Source of the DNA: a virus
Taxonomy: Duplodnaviria; Caudoviricetes
Strand: one strand, 5' to 3'
Virus record (IMG/VR): IMGVR_UViG_3300028603_000018
Span: 32,001-96,000 of that record
Length of the DNA stretch: 64,000 nucleotides
The notes under the pieces are model-generated. The model had not been told where the DNA came from, made no database searches, and saw only the letters and a program-made list of their open reading frames with translations. This document shows, piece by piece, positions 15,819 through 25,050 of this stretch. Position numbers and translations under genes: made by a program. Positions within the stretch are counted from its first letter, which is position 1; each line of letters opens with the position of its first letter.

Positions 15819-18665
15819 TTACCAGTCTTTAAGCTTTTGATAATTCTCTTCAGTATACGAAATACCTGTTAAATTATCAGCATTAACATCCCTATAAACA
15901 TCGACTTGATGATATTTTAATTCATTAATTAGATTATCTAATTCTTTAGCATCTAAGCTATCATCAACATCTAGTCGAATATTCTCTAAAGTCTCTAAAG
16001 TTAGAATAAGGTCATTAAGGTAAGTCTCATCATTTTCAATAGATTCTACTGACACTTTAGATTGAGTCTTAACCCCCATAATCTCTTCAACTTGACGCTT
16101 ACTCCATTCTAAGATATCCTTACTGCGTGTAGAGATATTATCTACTCCACCTGTATCTAAGAAGATATCATAGATATCAACTTGTTCAGTTTGACCTAAA
16201 CGAGCACATCGAGCAATAGTTTGTGTCCTCTCATATTCTCTAAAAGGCGCATTTAACATGATGATAGTGCTACACATAGTTAGAGGTACTGCGGCACTAA
16301 GAGAATCATAGGTAGCAACGAGGATTGTGTAGTCAGGATTATTTCGCATATCACTTAAGATCTTAACTAAGTTCTTATTAGTGTCTGCATAGACAACATG
16401 ACACTTAACCCCACGCTCTGTAAGTTGCTGTTGTAGACTCAATACTACTTGAACAAAGCTTGTAAAGAATACTGTTTTGCTATTAGAGGCGTTTGCCATA
16501 TCTAAGAGAGTTAATTTCTTATCCCCTCCTTTCTCATCCATGACTAAATCAATATTAGCAATCTCTAGGTTACACCTAGTCCTAATACCGCCTAGAATCC
16601 TTCCTAAGGCTTCTCCTTGAATCTTTAAGGTAACATACTTATAAACACTCCTAGCTTCTCTAAAGACTTGTTTATCAGCACTGTCTAAGTAAGGGATGAT
16701 GAATTCTTTTTCGAACTTATTACACCATGCAGGTTCAGTCTTATGAATTCTAGGATCATAATTCTTACGAAGAGTAGTAGCTACTTTAAAATATCCATTG
16801 ATACTGTCAGCTAAACCAGGTTTCTTTAATTTAACCATTTCTAAGCATCTGAGATAGTCCTCAACATAACTATCCATATGTTCTTTATAGTACTTACTTC
16901 TTTCTACAACAAAATCACCAATGACTTTCTTAATATGTGGTAAGGTATAATCACTACCGTCTTTTAATTTAACACTATATTCATGAAAGTCAGGCTTATC
17001 AGTAATAACAGATTCTTTTGTTATAGTAAATTTAACTAAACCTAATCGATGAGCAATAATATCGTTAGCTTTACTGGAGTTCTTGCCAAAGATTTCTCTA
17101 AATCTTTCCTCAGCTCTGCTATTAAATAAGTTATCAATAGTTTTAAGCATAGGAATAACTTCTCTACCCATTGCTTTTAAAGGTGTACCACTCATCCATA
17201 ATACAAAAGCTTGATTAATGTAAAGACATAAATCAATAAAGTTTTGAGTTCTATTACTAGTACTACCACTCTCATTCATGTTGTGACATTCATCGAGAAT
17301 AATAGTTACCTCACCTAAACTATCTGCTTTAGTTTTATAAAGCATAGGTAAGAACTTTTCTAAGTATTCGTAATGGATAACATAGATACCTTTTTCTACT
17401 GTACTAAAGTTTTCATTAGTACTTAAGAAGTAGTTCTTAGGTTTCTTAAATAATCCCTTAATACTAACTTCCCATGGGTCCTTAATAGCATTTTTAGGAC
17501 AAACGACAATAACAGTATCTGAGTGTAACATTGCACTCACAGCTAAACTCATATAAGTGTTATGAGTAACTACCCAGTCATCAGCAATGTAGAGTTTATC
17601 AGGATGATCAATTTCAATACATTGAACAGGTTCCACTCCTATTTTTTTAATTGATTTGATCTTTATCTTTCTATCATCGGGATTAACAGGTAATACACCA
17701 TTAACAAAACATTCATTAAAGCGTTTGTAATGAGTAGCGATGTAACCTGCTTGTCGTAATTGATCTTCTACAAAAGCACCCTCTACTTCCCCAACTACTT
17801 TAAAAGTAAGGTTGCTATCATCACCACTGATATTACTATTACCAACTCTAACTCTTAATTGATTAACAATTTCTTTTTTGTTTAAGCAAACAGGTAAATC
17901 AATAGAGAGGGAGGTGATGTTAAAGATCTTATTATTCTCAAGAATCTGAGCTAAGCTTAAAATGCGGCGACCTAACCATCTAGAATGATAAACACCCCAT
18001 AAATGCTCTAGACAAGAACGAGTTTTCCTACCATCACTGAATTCAATTTCATAAACCTCCATCTCACCTTGAGGATATACGCCTTTAACAGTAGTTTCCA
18101 CCCCCGACCAAGCTAAGATCTTATCACCTACCTGAATATCTTTATTTAGAATAAAACCTTGTCTGGTTCTAAGTTTTGTATATAGAGGTTGAGCTTTACC
18201 TGTACCAGGCGCTGAGTCTAAAAGATAGCCTCTGAGGTTTAGTTTTTTCGCCTGGCTAGTAAGATGGTTGAAGAAGTCTTGCTGTGCTACTTTAGGTTTA
18301 AAGACAAATTGATTTAACTGAGATTGATCTAGAAGAGGTTCTTGAACTTCTTCATTAAGACTGCTTAACCATGTATTCTCTTTTAGACTATCTCTAATTT
18401 TAACGAGTACACGATTAGGAGTATGAGTATAACGTCGTTGGATAAGGGATTCGATAATATATAGAAACTCAATACCAAAGAACTTATTAAAAGCAATTTC
18501 TTTAGGTTTTTGATAAGAAAATAAATTATCAGTAATTTTACGAGTTCCCCATTGACGTCGAATATCTTCCATAAAGGGGATACTGTCAATACCTTTAATA
18601 ATAATCAAATCATTTCTTTCTTCTACAGTAATAGAAGAAATTAAAGCAGTAAAGAAATTAAACAT
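15819..18665 (-). CDS. SF2/SNF2-like helicase (phiKZ gp203-like) interrupted by an intein
   Basis: Walker A APGTGK/T split by intein; ILDECHN; MSGTP; QTIARCARLGQ motif VI. Confidence 0.9.
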   Translation of the reverse strand: MFNFFTALISSITVEERNDLIIIKGIDSIPFMEDIRRQWGTRKITDNLFSYQKPKEIAFNKFFGIEFLYIIESLIQRRYTHTPNRVLVKIRDSLKENTWLSSLNEEVQEPLLDQSQLNQFVFKPKVAQQDFFNHLTSQAKKLNLRGYLLDSAPGTGKAQPLYTKLRTRQGFILNKDIQVGDKILAWSGVETTVKGVYPQGEMEVYEIEFSDGRKTRSCLEHLWGVYHSRWLGRRILSLAQILENNKIFNITSLSIDLPVCLNKKEIVNQLRVRVGNSNISGDDSNLTFKVVGEVEGAFVEDQLRQAGYIATHYKRFNECFVNGVLPVNPDDRKIKIKSIKKIGVEPVQCIEIDHPDKLYIADDWVVTHNTYMSLAVSAMLHSDTVIVVCPKNAIKDPWEVSIKGLFKKPKNYFLSTNENFSTVEKGIYVIHYEYLEKFLPMLYKTKADSLGEVTIILDECHNMNESGSTSNRTQNFIDLCLYINQAFVLWMSGTPLKAMGREVIPMLKTIDNLFNSRAEERFREIFGKNSSKANDIIAHRLGLVKFTITKESVITDKPDFHEYSVKLKDGSDYTLPHIKKVIGDFVVERSKYYKEHMDSYVEDYLRCLEMVKLKKPGLADSINGYFKVATTLRKNYDPRIHKTEPAWCNKFEKEFIIPYLDSADKQVFREARSVYKYVTLKIQGEALGRILGGIRTRCNLEIANIDLVMDEKGGDKKLTLLDMANASNSKTVFFTSFVQVVLSLQQQLTERGVKCHVVYADTNKNLVKILSDMRNNPDYTILVATYDSLSAAVPLTMCSTIIMLNAPFREYERTQTIARCARLGQTEQVDIYDIFLDTGGVDNISTRSKDILEWSKRQVEEIMGVKTQSKVSVESIENDETYLNDLILTLETLENIRLDVDDSLDAKELDNLINELKYHQVDVYRDVNADNLTGISYTEENYQKLKDW
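17559..18194 (-). mobile_element. class 3 intein (212 aa) without an intact homing endonuclease
   Basis: starts AQPL after GTGK; block B SCLEHLW; block F VQCIEID; ends VVTHN followed by extein Thr. Confidence 0.85.
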
Positions 18666-18718
18666 GTTTATATAACCTAATAGTTTATTTTTTTTTGTAC
18701 ACTAATCATAGAATGACA

Positions 18719-18756
18719 GCATAACTGGGAGTCCTAAAAAGGACTCCCTCTATGCC
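18719..18756. terminator. GCATA...TATGC hairpin
   Basis: gcataact-gggagtcct-aaaa-aggactccc-tctatgcc. Confidence 0.75.
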
Positions 18757-18768
18757 GTTTACCATAGA

Positions 18769-20316
18769 TTAGAATTCCCACATGGGTTTTTCTTCTTCTC
18801 CATTTTCATTCACAATAGCGCCAGGTGTACTAACACCTAAAGTAGGTCCATGAAGATCATCTTGTAATCCTGCTTCTGGATGAAAGGGTAGAGCACAGAA
18901 TAGATCTTTATCAGCAACTACAGCACCACCTTGACGATACTTACCACGAGCGCATGTTAAATACTTAACACCATTAATAGATTCAATATGAATAAGAATC
19001 TCTGCATCAACTTCTTGGTTAATCTGAGTAGAGCCTGAATACATACTCTTGTTCACAAACTCTTTAACTAAGTTATCTCTACCTTCACGAACCATCTTAG
19101 TAGCATCCGGAGACAGCTGCCAAGGCGTAATGAAAGTGATACCTCTGGCGCTCATGAAATTTCGGACCCTCCTAACAAGATCCCTTTTATCTTCACCAGT
19201 TGCTCCTTTTTCACAACCAGTAGTAGGAATCATCATTAAATAATCCAGCATACAAAGCTTTACACAATAACCTAAAGATTCTAACTCAATGATCTTTCTT
19301 TCAATATCTCGATAAGTCCAAGCGCTAGGGTTAATACGCATAAAGCGTACATGCCATCCATTAGCACTCCACTTCTCATGGATATATGCCCTCATGTATT
19401 CTGAGGTCATGTCACTGATAACAGGGACTTTCTTTTCTGCGTTAAAATACGTATCAGTAAAGATCTTTGTTAAGTTATCAGTAATTTCATCTTCTGCACT
19501 AATTCTAAGTAAGAGGGGTTTCTTACCTTCATCTTCTTCCCTTAAGAAAGGAGTATTATAGATAGCAGCATGACGAAATAAAGCTAAGGTAAAACCTGTT
19601 TTATGTTGGTGTTGTAATGCGCCTACTAATAATGTCTTACCAGCTCCTAAAGCACCTCTGAAGAATTTATTGATATGTTTAAAACCAAAAACAAAACTAC
19701 CAATACCTTCTTCTGCTTTCTTAGCTTGGTCAAAGACAGTCTCTACAGCTTTAGAGTCACTGAGATCAAAATCAGCAATAACCGCAGGATCTTCACTATC
19801 TCCTTTATTTAAGAAAGGTTCGATCTCTGAAACAGACTGCATTAAATACTTAGGAATATCATCAACATCATCTCTACTGAACTTTAACTTTTTAGCTTTT
19901 TCATAAAAGAGTTCAATAGCATTAGTATCTCTTAAATACTTATTTAACTTCTTCTCTAAACTAACTGCACTCCCAGCAATCTCTTCTTCAGTTAACTCTG
20001 CTTCAATCATGACTTTCATTGACTCTAGTAATTGAGAGTCATTGCCACAGTCAATAGTAATCTGTTGAAGGAGGGTTAGTTTATCAATCTCACTTTCATT
20101 GACGAGTTGTTTAATTGTTTTAATTAAGCAACTAATAGCATCTCTTTCTTGATCTAGACCACCTCCAGTTAATTCAGGGAGCTTTATCAACTCTAACACC
20201 TGGAGAACTAAACTAGAAGTAGAAGTACTCTTATGAGGTAATTTAGATTTTAAAAATAGTAAAGTAATACAACTAGCTAAAAGATGTTTATTATTCATAT
20301 GGCGGGTTTGATACAA
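18769..20316 (-). CDS. dnaB: replicative DnaB-like helicase (phiKZ gp118-like)
   Basis: divergent Walker A GALQHQHKTG, MLDYL Walker B, TPWQLS, QEVD, ARGKYR; located near the major capsid gene as in phiKZ. Confidence 0.85.
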   Translation of the reverse strand: MYQTRHMNNKHLLASCITLLFLKSKLPHKSTSTSSLVLQVLELIKLPELTGGGLDQERDAISCLIKTIKQLVNESEIDKLTLLQQITIDCGNDSQLLESMKVMIEAELTEEEIAGSAVSLEKKLNKYLRDTNAIELFYEKAKKLKFSRDDVDDIPKYLMQSVSEIEPFLNKGDSEDPAVIADFDLSDSKAVETVFDQAKKAEEGIGSFVFGFKHINKFFRGALGAGKTLLVGALQHQHKTGFTLALFRHAAIYNTPFLREEDEGKKPLLLRISAEDEITDNLTKIFTDTYFNAEKKVPVISDMTSEYMRAYIHEKWSANGWHVRFMRINPSAWTYRDIERKIIELESLGYCVKLCMLDYLMMIPTTGCEKGATGEDKRDLVRRVRNFMSARGITFITPWQLSPDATKMVREGRDNLVKEFVNKSMYSGSTQINQEVDAEILIHIESINGVKYLTCARGKYRQGGAVVADKDLFCALPFHPEAGLQDDLHGPTLGVSTPGAIVNENGEEEKPMWEF

Positions 20317-20491
20317 ATTCTCTTAGTATTTAGATGTAATGTATGAAAACAATTTCTCTTTAATTGGATTTAAATATAGAAAGAGTTCATACTGGACATA
20401 TCATCTATTAGAGGCTATTTTAATTAATTACTAATTAGCTTGAAATACAACCAAATAGTATAGAAAATAAAAAACTTGGAGTAAACATACA

Positions 20492-21094
20492 GTGAAGCAT
20501 TTTAACTCGATACTAATTCCTAATTGGATCGAGCAAGCGATCTTGGCAAATGATAAGTCTTTAGCAGATGTCATTAATTATGATGTCATGCGAGCTATCC
20601 TCAGCCCTGAGGACGTGCTCTATCTCTTACAATTTCAACAACTCAACACAGCTAGCTTTGATAATTCTGTACTAGGATCTAGCATTGAAAACCTTTCTTC
20701 TTACTGGCGTTCTAATACAGAGTGTCCTGAAGAAGTAGAAACCTTAACTAATATTGCTTATAATAGTGTTAATAATTATGAAGCATTCACATCAGGCATA
20801 CTAACTCGTTTTAGTACTGCTGCTGTACTAGGGGCGGAAGATAAGGTTTTTGAGATACATGATTTGAGTAAGAACCTAAGTAATTCCGAACTTACTTATG
20901 CAATTGTGTTTGGACAAAATTCTCTAAGTACTGAAGCCGTTAATACAATGAGTCTTCAGACTAAATATGACTTAACTGAATCGTTATTAAAAGCACTCTA
21001 TTCTCGCTTACCAACGGTTCAAGTAGCACTACTTCCTATTACTAAACAATATATTGAACTAATGAAAATTAGAGTAAATACCAACGCACTATAA
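20492..21094 (+). CDS. conserved virion-associated protein (between DnaB and MCP)
   Basis: 200 aa; position syntenic with phiKZ gp119. Confidence 0.65.
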   Translation: MKHFNSILIPNWIEQAILANDKSLADVINYDVMRAILSPEDVLYLLQFQQLNTASFDNSVLGSSIENLSSYWRSNTECPEEVETLTNIAYNSVNNYEAFTSGILTRFSTAAVLGAEDKVFEIHDLSKNLSNSELTYAIVFGQNSLSTEAVNTMSLQTKYDLTESLLKALYSRLPTVQVALLPITKQYIELMKIRVNTNAL

Positions 21095-21180
21095 TTAGTT
21101 TGTATCTATTTTAAGATTAAATAGTTTGAGATATAAAACCTTTACAATCTCTTAAGAAATTTTACAAGGATTTTTCATAA

Positions 21181-23412
21181 ATGAAGCCTACTAACAAGAT
21201 TTTCGGTATTAATCAATCGGAAACGCCCGCACTGGGACTTAACAAAGCTATTGATCAGCTCAAAGACAAATTCGATCATGCACAACTGCGTGGATCGGAG
21301 AGTCTGGGTAAAGCAGTTTTCTCCTCGGAAGGTCTGGACCCAACGAGTTCTGTAGCTACTGAAGCTCGTGATCTCTATCAGAACGTTCAAGTCTCTCTTG
21401 AGAGCGTTTTCAAAGATACCTTTGGTATGGTAGAAGACGCTTCCGGTCGTAGCGTTGCTGCTGTTACTATTTCTGAAGCTGGTCAACGTGCTGCCGCTGC
21501 TGCTGCAATCATGGCGACTAACGTCCCTGCTTACCTGCAATCTGCACCACACGTCTCCCGTGGTTCGATGGAATCGATTCCTCTGATCACTGGTACTAAC
21601 CTTTCTTACACGACCTCTAAGCGTCAATTCTCGGCTGAAGCTTACGATACTCGTGAGCTGCGTGATACGACTGTATACTCGATCATCTATAACCAGAAAC
21701 ACGGTAACCAAGACGAGTTCGCAGAATCCTTCTTCCCAACCGTTACGGTCTCGCCTGATCAAGCTGGCTACACAGTCACAATGAACGTGATGACTGTGAT
21801 GAATGAAGTTCGCCGTGACATCTCTGGTGATGAAACTGATTTCGGTCGTAAGAACCTGATTCATGCTGTTATTGACCCAACGATTCTGGACAACGATCAA
21901 ACTCGTCTGGTTCCAGTTTATCGTCCAGAAGCTGCTGCTAACTTCGTTGATCCTGCTCTGGTTCCTCTTGCTTCGTTTGATGTGGCTGGTGAAGCAGTCC
22001 CAACGACTTCGCTCTTATTCGATAACCGTATCGATATTCTGGGCATCTCTCAAACTGAAGCGCTGCTTGAAACCGGTATTATGGATTCGACTGATGCTGT
22101 TGACTCCAGTCTGTTCCTGGACAACGTCGTGATGAAAGTCACTGACGGTGCGGACGATGAAGTGATTCGTCTGAGCACTCGCCATATGCATGAATCGAAC
22201 TTCTATCCAGTTGTACAAGGTAACTTCCGTCAACTGCGTCTGATGTTCGATACTAAAGATGTTCTGGTGGGTGGTAGCAGTGGTGCTATTAAAACCGTTC
22301 GGGGTGCTGACTCTGTTCTGCTTGCACCTATCGTTACTTCTGAACTGGCTGTTCGTCTGTCGTTCGTTGTTTCGGGTCAGATCAACGTTGAAACGGGTCT
22401 TATTTCGCTGCAACGTACTCGTCCAATCGTTTCGGTTATCCGTGACGAACAAGGTAACAAGATTGCTACCGACGATCCTCGCTATCAAACCGTTGTTGAT
22501 CTCTTTGAAGACGCTGAACTGATCGGTTACACTCTGGATGGTTATCGTACCAACTCGAACCGTCGTCAACGTGGTCAGCTGGTTGATACGACCTATCAAT
22601 CGCAAATGTATCAGCCACAGCTGCGTAGCCCAATCACGATCCCACGTCCTGAGACTAACGTTTCTCAGACTGATTCGATTGACATCGCTGCACTGCTGGT
22701 CGCTACAGGTATTCGTACGACTAACGCTGCTATTGACGAGATCTTCAAAACGCAGACCGTTCTGGCTCAACACTTTAATGCTAATGATCCCGTTTCTGCT
22801 ACGCCTACTCTGATGGGTGTTGCTCTGGGTCCAATCCGTCCCTTCTATGAGACTGATGTCATTGACGTTGAAGCTGAGATCAACTCGCTCAAATCGCATG
22901 AGAAAGTTCAGGATATGCAAGCTGTCCTGCTGAACCGTATCCGTGACGTAGCTTATCGTGCATGGCGTGATTCGGGTTATAAGCCTGTTGCTGATGCACT
23001 GGCTGGCGGTATCTCGAAGAAGCCAACTGTACTGATCGGTACTGATCCAGTTATCGCTAACTATCTGATCACTCCAGGAGATGTTCGTACCCTGGGTGCA
23101 GAAATGGACTTCAAGATCGTTTCGACCTTTAACCAGCGTGTCAAAGGCCAGATCTTTATTACCTTCATCAATCCGGATTCGGCTAAGTCTGGTGTGCCAG
23201 ATCCGCTGACCTTCGGTAACATGGGTTGGAAGCCTGAACTGGTTATCGCTCTGCCAACGTACTTCAACGGTGCTAACAGCCGTCAGATTACTGTACAGCC
23301 TTGCTTTATCCACTCGATCAACTGCCCGATCCTGGCGCACTTCACTGTTGTTAACCTGGATAAAGTCACTCGCGTTCGTAACCCGATCGCGTTTGAAGAA
23401 GTCCAACCTTGA
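21181..23412 (+). CDS. major capsid protein (phiKZ gp120-like)
   Basis: 743 aa, strong high-expression codon bias, QDEFAESFFPTV, RTNSNRRQRGQL, GTDP.IA.YL; S/A-x-E cleavage motifs in the N-terminal region. Confidence 0.92.
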   Translation: MKPTNKIFGINQSETPALGLNKAIDQLKDKFDHAQLRGSESLGKAVFSSEGLDPTSSVATEARDLYQNVQVSLESVFKDTFGMVEDASGRSVAAVTISEAGQRAAAAAAIMATNVPAYLQSAPHVSRGSMESIPLITGTNLSYTTSKRQFSAEAYDTRELRDTTVYSIIYNQKHGNQDEFAESFFPTVTVSPDQAGYTVTMNVMTVMNEVRRDISGDETDFGRKNLIHAVIDPTILDNDQTRLVPVYRPEAAANFVDPALVPLASFDVAGEAVPTTSLLFDNRIDILGISQTEALLETGIMDSTDAVDSSLFLDNVVMKVTDGADDEVIRLSTRHMHESNFYPVVQGNFRQLRLMFDTKDVLVGGSSGAIKTVRGADSVLLAPIVTSELAVRLSFVVSGQINVETGLISLQRTRPIVSVIRDEQGNKIATDDPRYQTVVDLFEDAELIGYTLDGYRTNSNRRQRGQLVDTTYQSQMYQPQLRSPITIPRPETNVSQTDSIDIAALLVATGIRTTNAAIDEIFKTQTVLAQHFNANDPVSATPTLMGVALGPIRPFYETDVIDVEAEINSLKSHEKVQDMQAVLLNRIRDVAYRAWRDSGYKPVADALAGGISKKPTVLIGTDPVIANYLITPGDVRTLGAEMDFKIVSTFNQRVKGQIFITFINPDSAKSGVPDPLTFGNMGWKPELVIALPTYFNGANSRQITVQPCFIHSINCPILAHFTVVNLDKVTRVRNPIAFEEVQP

Positions 23413-23419
23413 AGTGATA

Positions 23420-23515
23420 GTCTATTCACTAAGTATAAGCTAGATGGCTTTAAAAGAGTTGATTCTTAACTCTCATTGGCCTATAGCCAAATTGAGTAAT
23501 CGATAGTGAATAGGC
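23420..23515 (+). ncRNA. candidate structured RNA in the MCP 3' trailer
   Basis: gtctattcacta/tagtgaataggc outer stem; gcta/tagc, ggc/gcc and agagttga/ttaactct inner stems. Confidence 0.35.
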
Positions 23516-23538
23516 CAATATTGTAATACGCTTACAAT

Positions 23539-23578
23539 GGCATAGATAGGGAGAGCAATTAGCTCTCCCATTTATGCC
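23539..23578. repeat. 21-bp hairpin element copy (terminator)
   Basis: ggcatagata-gggagagcaattagctctccc-atttatgcc. Confidence 0.8.
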
Positions 23579-23595
23579 GTACTTTTATTATTTAA

Positions 23596-23625
23596 GATAT
23601 TTTCACATACACATCACTATCTAGT
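23596..23625 (+). promoter_or_regulatory. putative phage promoter
   Basis: gatattttcacatacacatcactatctagt. Confidence 0.45.
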
Positions 23626-23644
23626 AACTTAGGTAGAAGTGCCT

Positions 23645-23770
23645 TTAATTATCTATTAATTCGTTCTTTAATTAAACTCCTAGTATTTGTAGTAATCGTT
23701 CTTTAGTAGTTAGGGAGAGTACTTTCGGGAGAAGTATTCGTGCCAGCCCAGTAGTGTAATAGATAATTAA
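23645..23770 (+). ncRNA. candidate structured RNA or 5' leader
   Basis: perfect 14-bp closing stem ttaattatctatta/taatagataattaa enclosing further hairpins. Confidence 0.4.
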
Positions 23771-23810
23771 GAAGATCAATAATTTTTATAAATTGGGGGA
23801 AAATATCGAT

Positions 23811-24974
23811 ATGTATAGTGGATTTAATATGCCTAAACATCGATTAGAGAGATCTGATCCATGTAATGGCCATGATTTTAGTCGGGGACCTAGAGTAAAT
23901 GGAACAGGTACATTCACTCTAGAGGTAGAGTATTTTAATTATACTCAATATCATATTCAAGTGACAGGTAACGATGATGTACCTATGGTCATCTATTCTG
24001 ATCCGACAACATGTCCTGATCACAAGAATTATTTAAACCATGTCATTATTTGTTATAATTACAAAGTTCGATATGGTTATTTAAATGACTTCCATAGACA
24101 CGTCAATTCTCAATTAACTGCTGAAACACCGTTAATGAGAAGTCTTCAGATTCAAGTCAATAAAGACTATCCGTTTCATCAGAGTCAAATGACTCGTGAA
24201 TACAAAATTGCTTTTAAGATTCATATCGAGAAAATCCTAAACTCCCCACAAGGGATCTTTGATGAGAATACCTCGAAAGTCTTATCAGTTAATATTCCTG
24301 AAGATAGTCGATTCGTAGAAGTGGGCGCTCCGAATCATATTAACCCAGTCGGTTTAAATAGGGTTAATTTTCCTGCTATGAGTGCGGCTGGATTGACAGA
24401 AGAAGAGAAAGAAAAACTCGATAGCACTATGATTGCTTTCCATGCTGATTTAATCGATAATGGAAACGTTATGTCATCGAGATTCTTTAAGCTCCTAGAT
24501 CAAGTCATAGAACTTAAACCTCGACTTGACTTATCTCGACCTAGTGGATTATATATCTATTATCGGTCAGGAACGAGTCTACGAGGTAGTAGAATTACTG
24601 ATATGCAATTCTTTAAGTTAGATGAAATTTCTGAAGAAATGGGTTTTTACAGAAAGAGAGAAGATACTTTGTCTTCACTAGAACTAAAGAAACTTCATTT
24701 AGAGAAAGAAAAGATCAGAACGGAAAATGAGCGACTAGAAATAGAGCGAGAAGTACTAAAGATAAAGCAGGATATTGACATGTCTAGTGCTGAAGTTAAG
24801 CGCGAACAAATCCAACACGATAAAGAAAAGATGAAGGCTGCTAAAAATCCTAGTGCGTGGGAGAAAACAGTTAGAGTATTTTCTGAAGTGGGGAATGCTT
24901 TCAAAGCTGCTGCTGCTTTTATTGGTGGAGCATTAGCTTTGTATAAAGTATATGAAATGACAAAGTCTAAATAG
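23811..24974 (+). CDS. conserved phiKZ-like protein with C-terminal coiled coil and hydrophobic tail
   Basis: ORF 23793..24974, ATG23811 after ggggga RBS; sits between MCP and RNAP subunit as in phiKZ. Confidence 0.75.
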   Translation: MYSGFNMPKHRLERSDPCNGHDFSRGPRVNGTGTFTLEVEYFNYTQYHIQVTGNDDVPMVIYSDPTTCPDHKNYLNHVIICYNYKVRYGYLNDFHRHVNSQLTAETPLMRSLQIQVNKDYPFHQSQMTREYKIAFKIHIEKILNSPQGIFDENTSKVLSVNIPEDSRFVEVGAPNHINPVGLNRVNFPAMSAAGLTEEEKEKLDSTMIAFHADLIDNGNVMSSRFFKLLDQVIELKPRLDLSRPSGLYIYYRSGTSLRGSRITDMQFFKLDEISEEMGFYRKREDTLSSLELKKLHLEKEKIRTENERLEIEREVLKIKQDIDMSSAEVKREQIQHDKEKMKAAKNPSAWEKTVRVFSEVGNAFKAAAAFIGGALALYKVYEMTKSK

Positions 24975-25050
24975 CGCGATATATTAAATTATCACTTAGC
25001 TTAAAATCTATTGTACTACTTGATACCAAAAAAACAATGGAGAACTCTTC

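Noticed and set aside
21175-23406. Long antisense ORFs (241 and 463 aa) and alternate-frame ORFs over the capsid gene
   Set aside because: Shadow ORFs caused by the strong codon bias of the MCP; no RBS or recognisable motifs.
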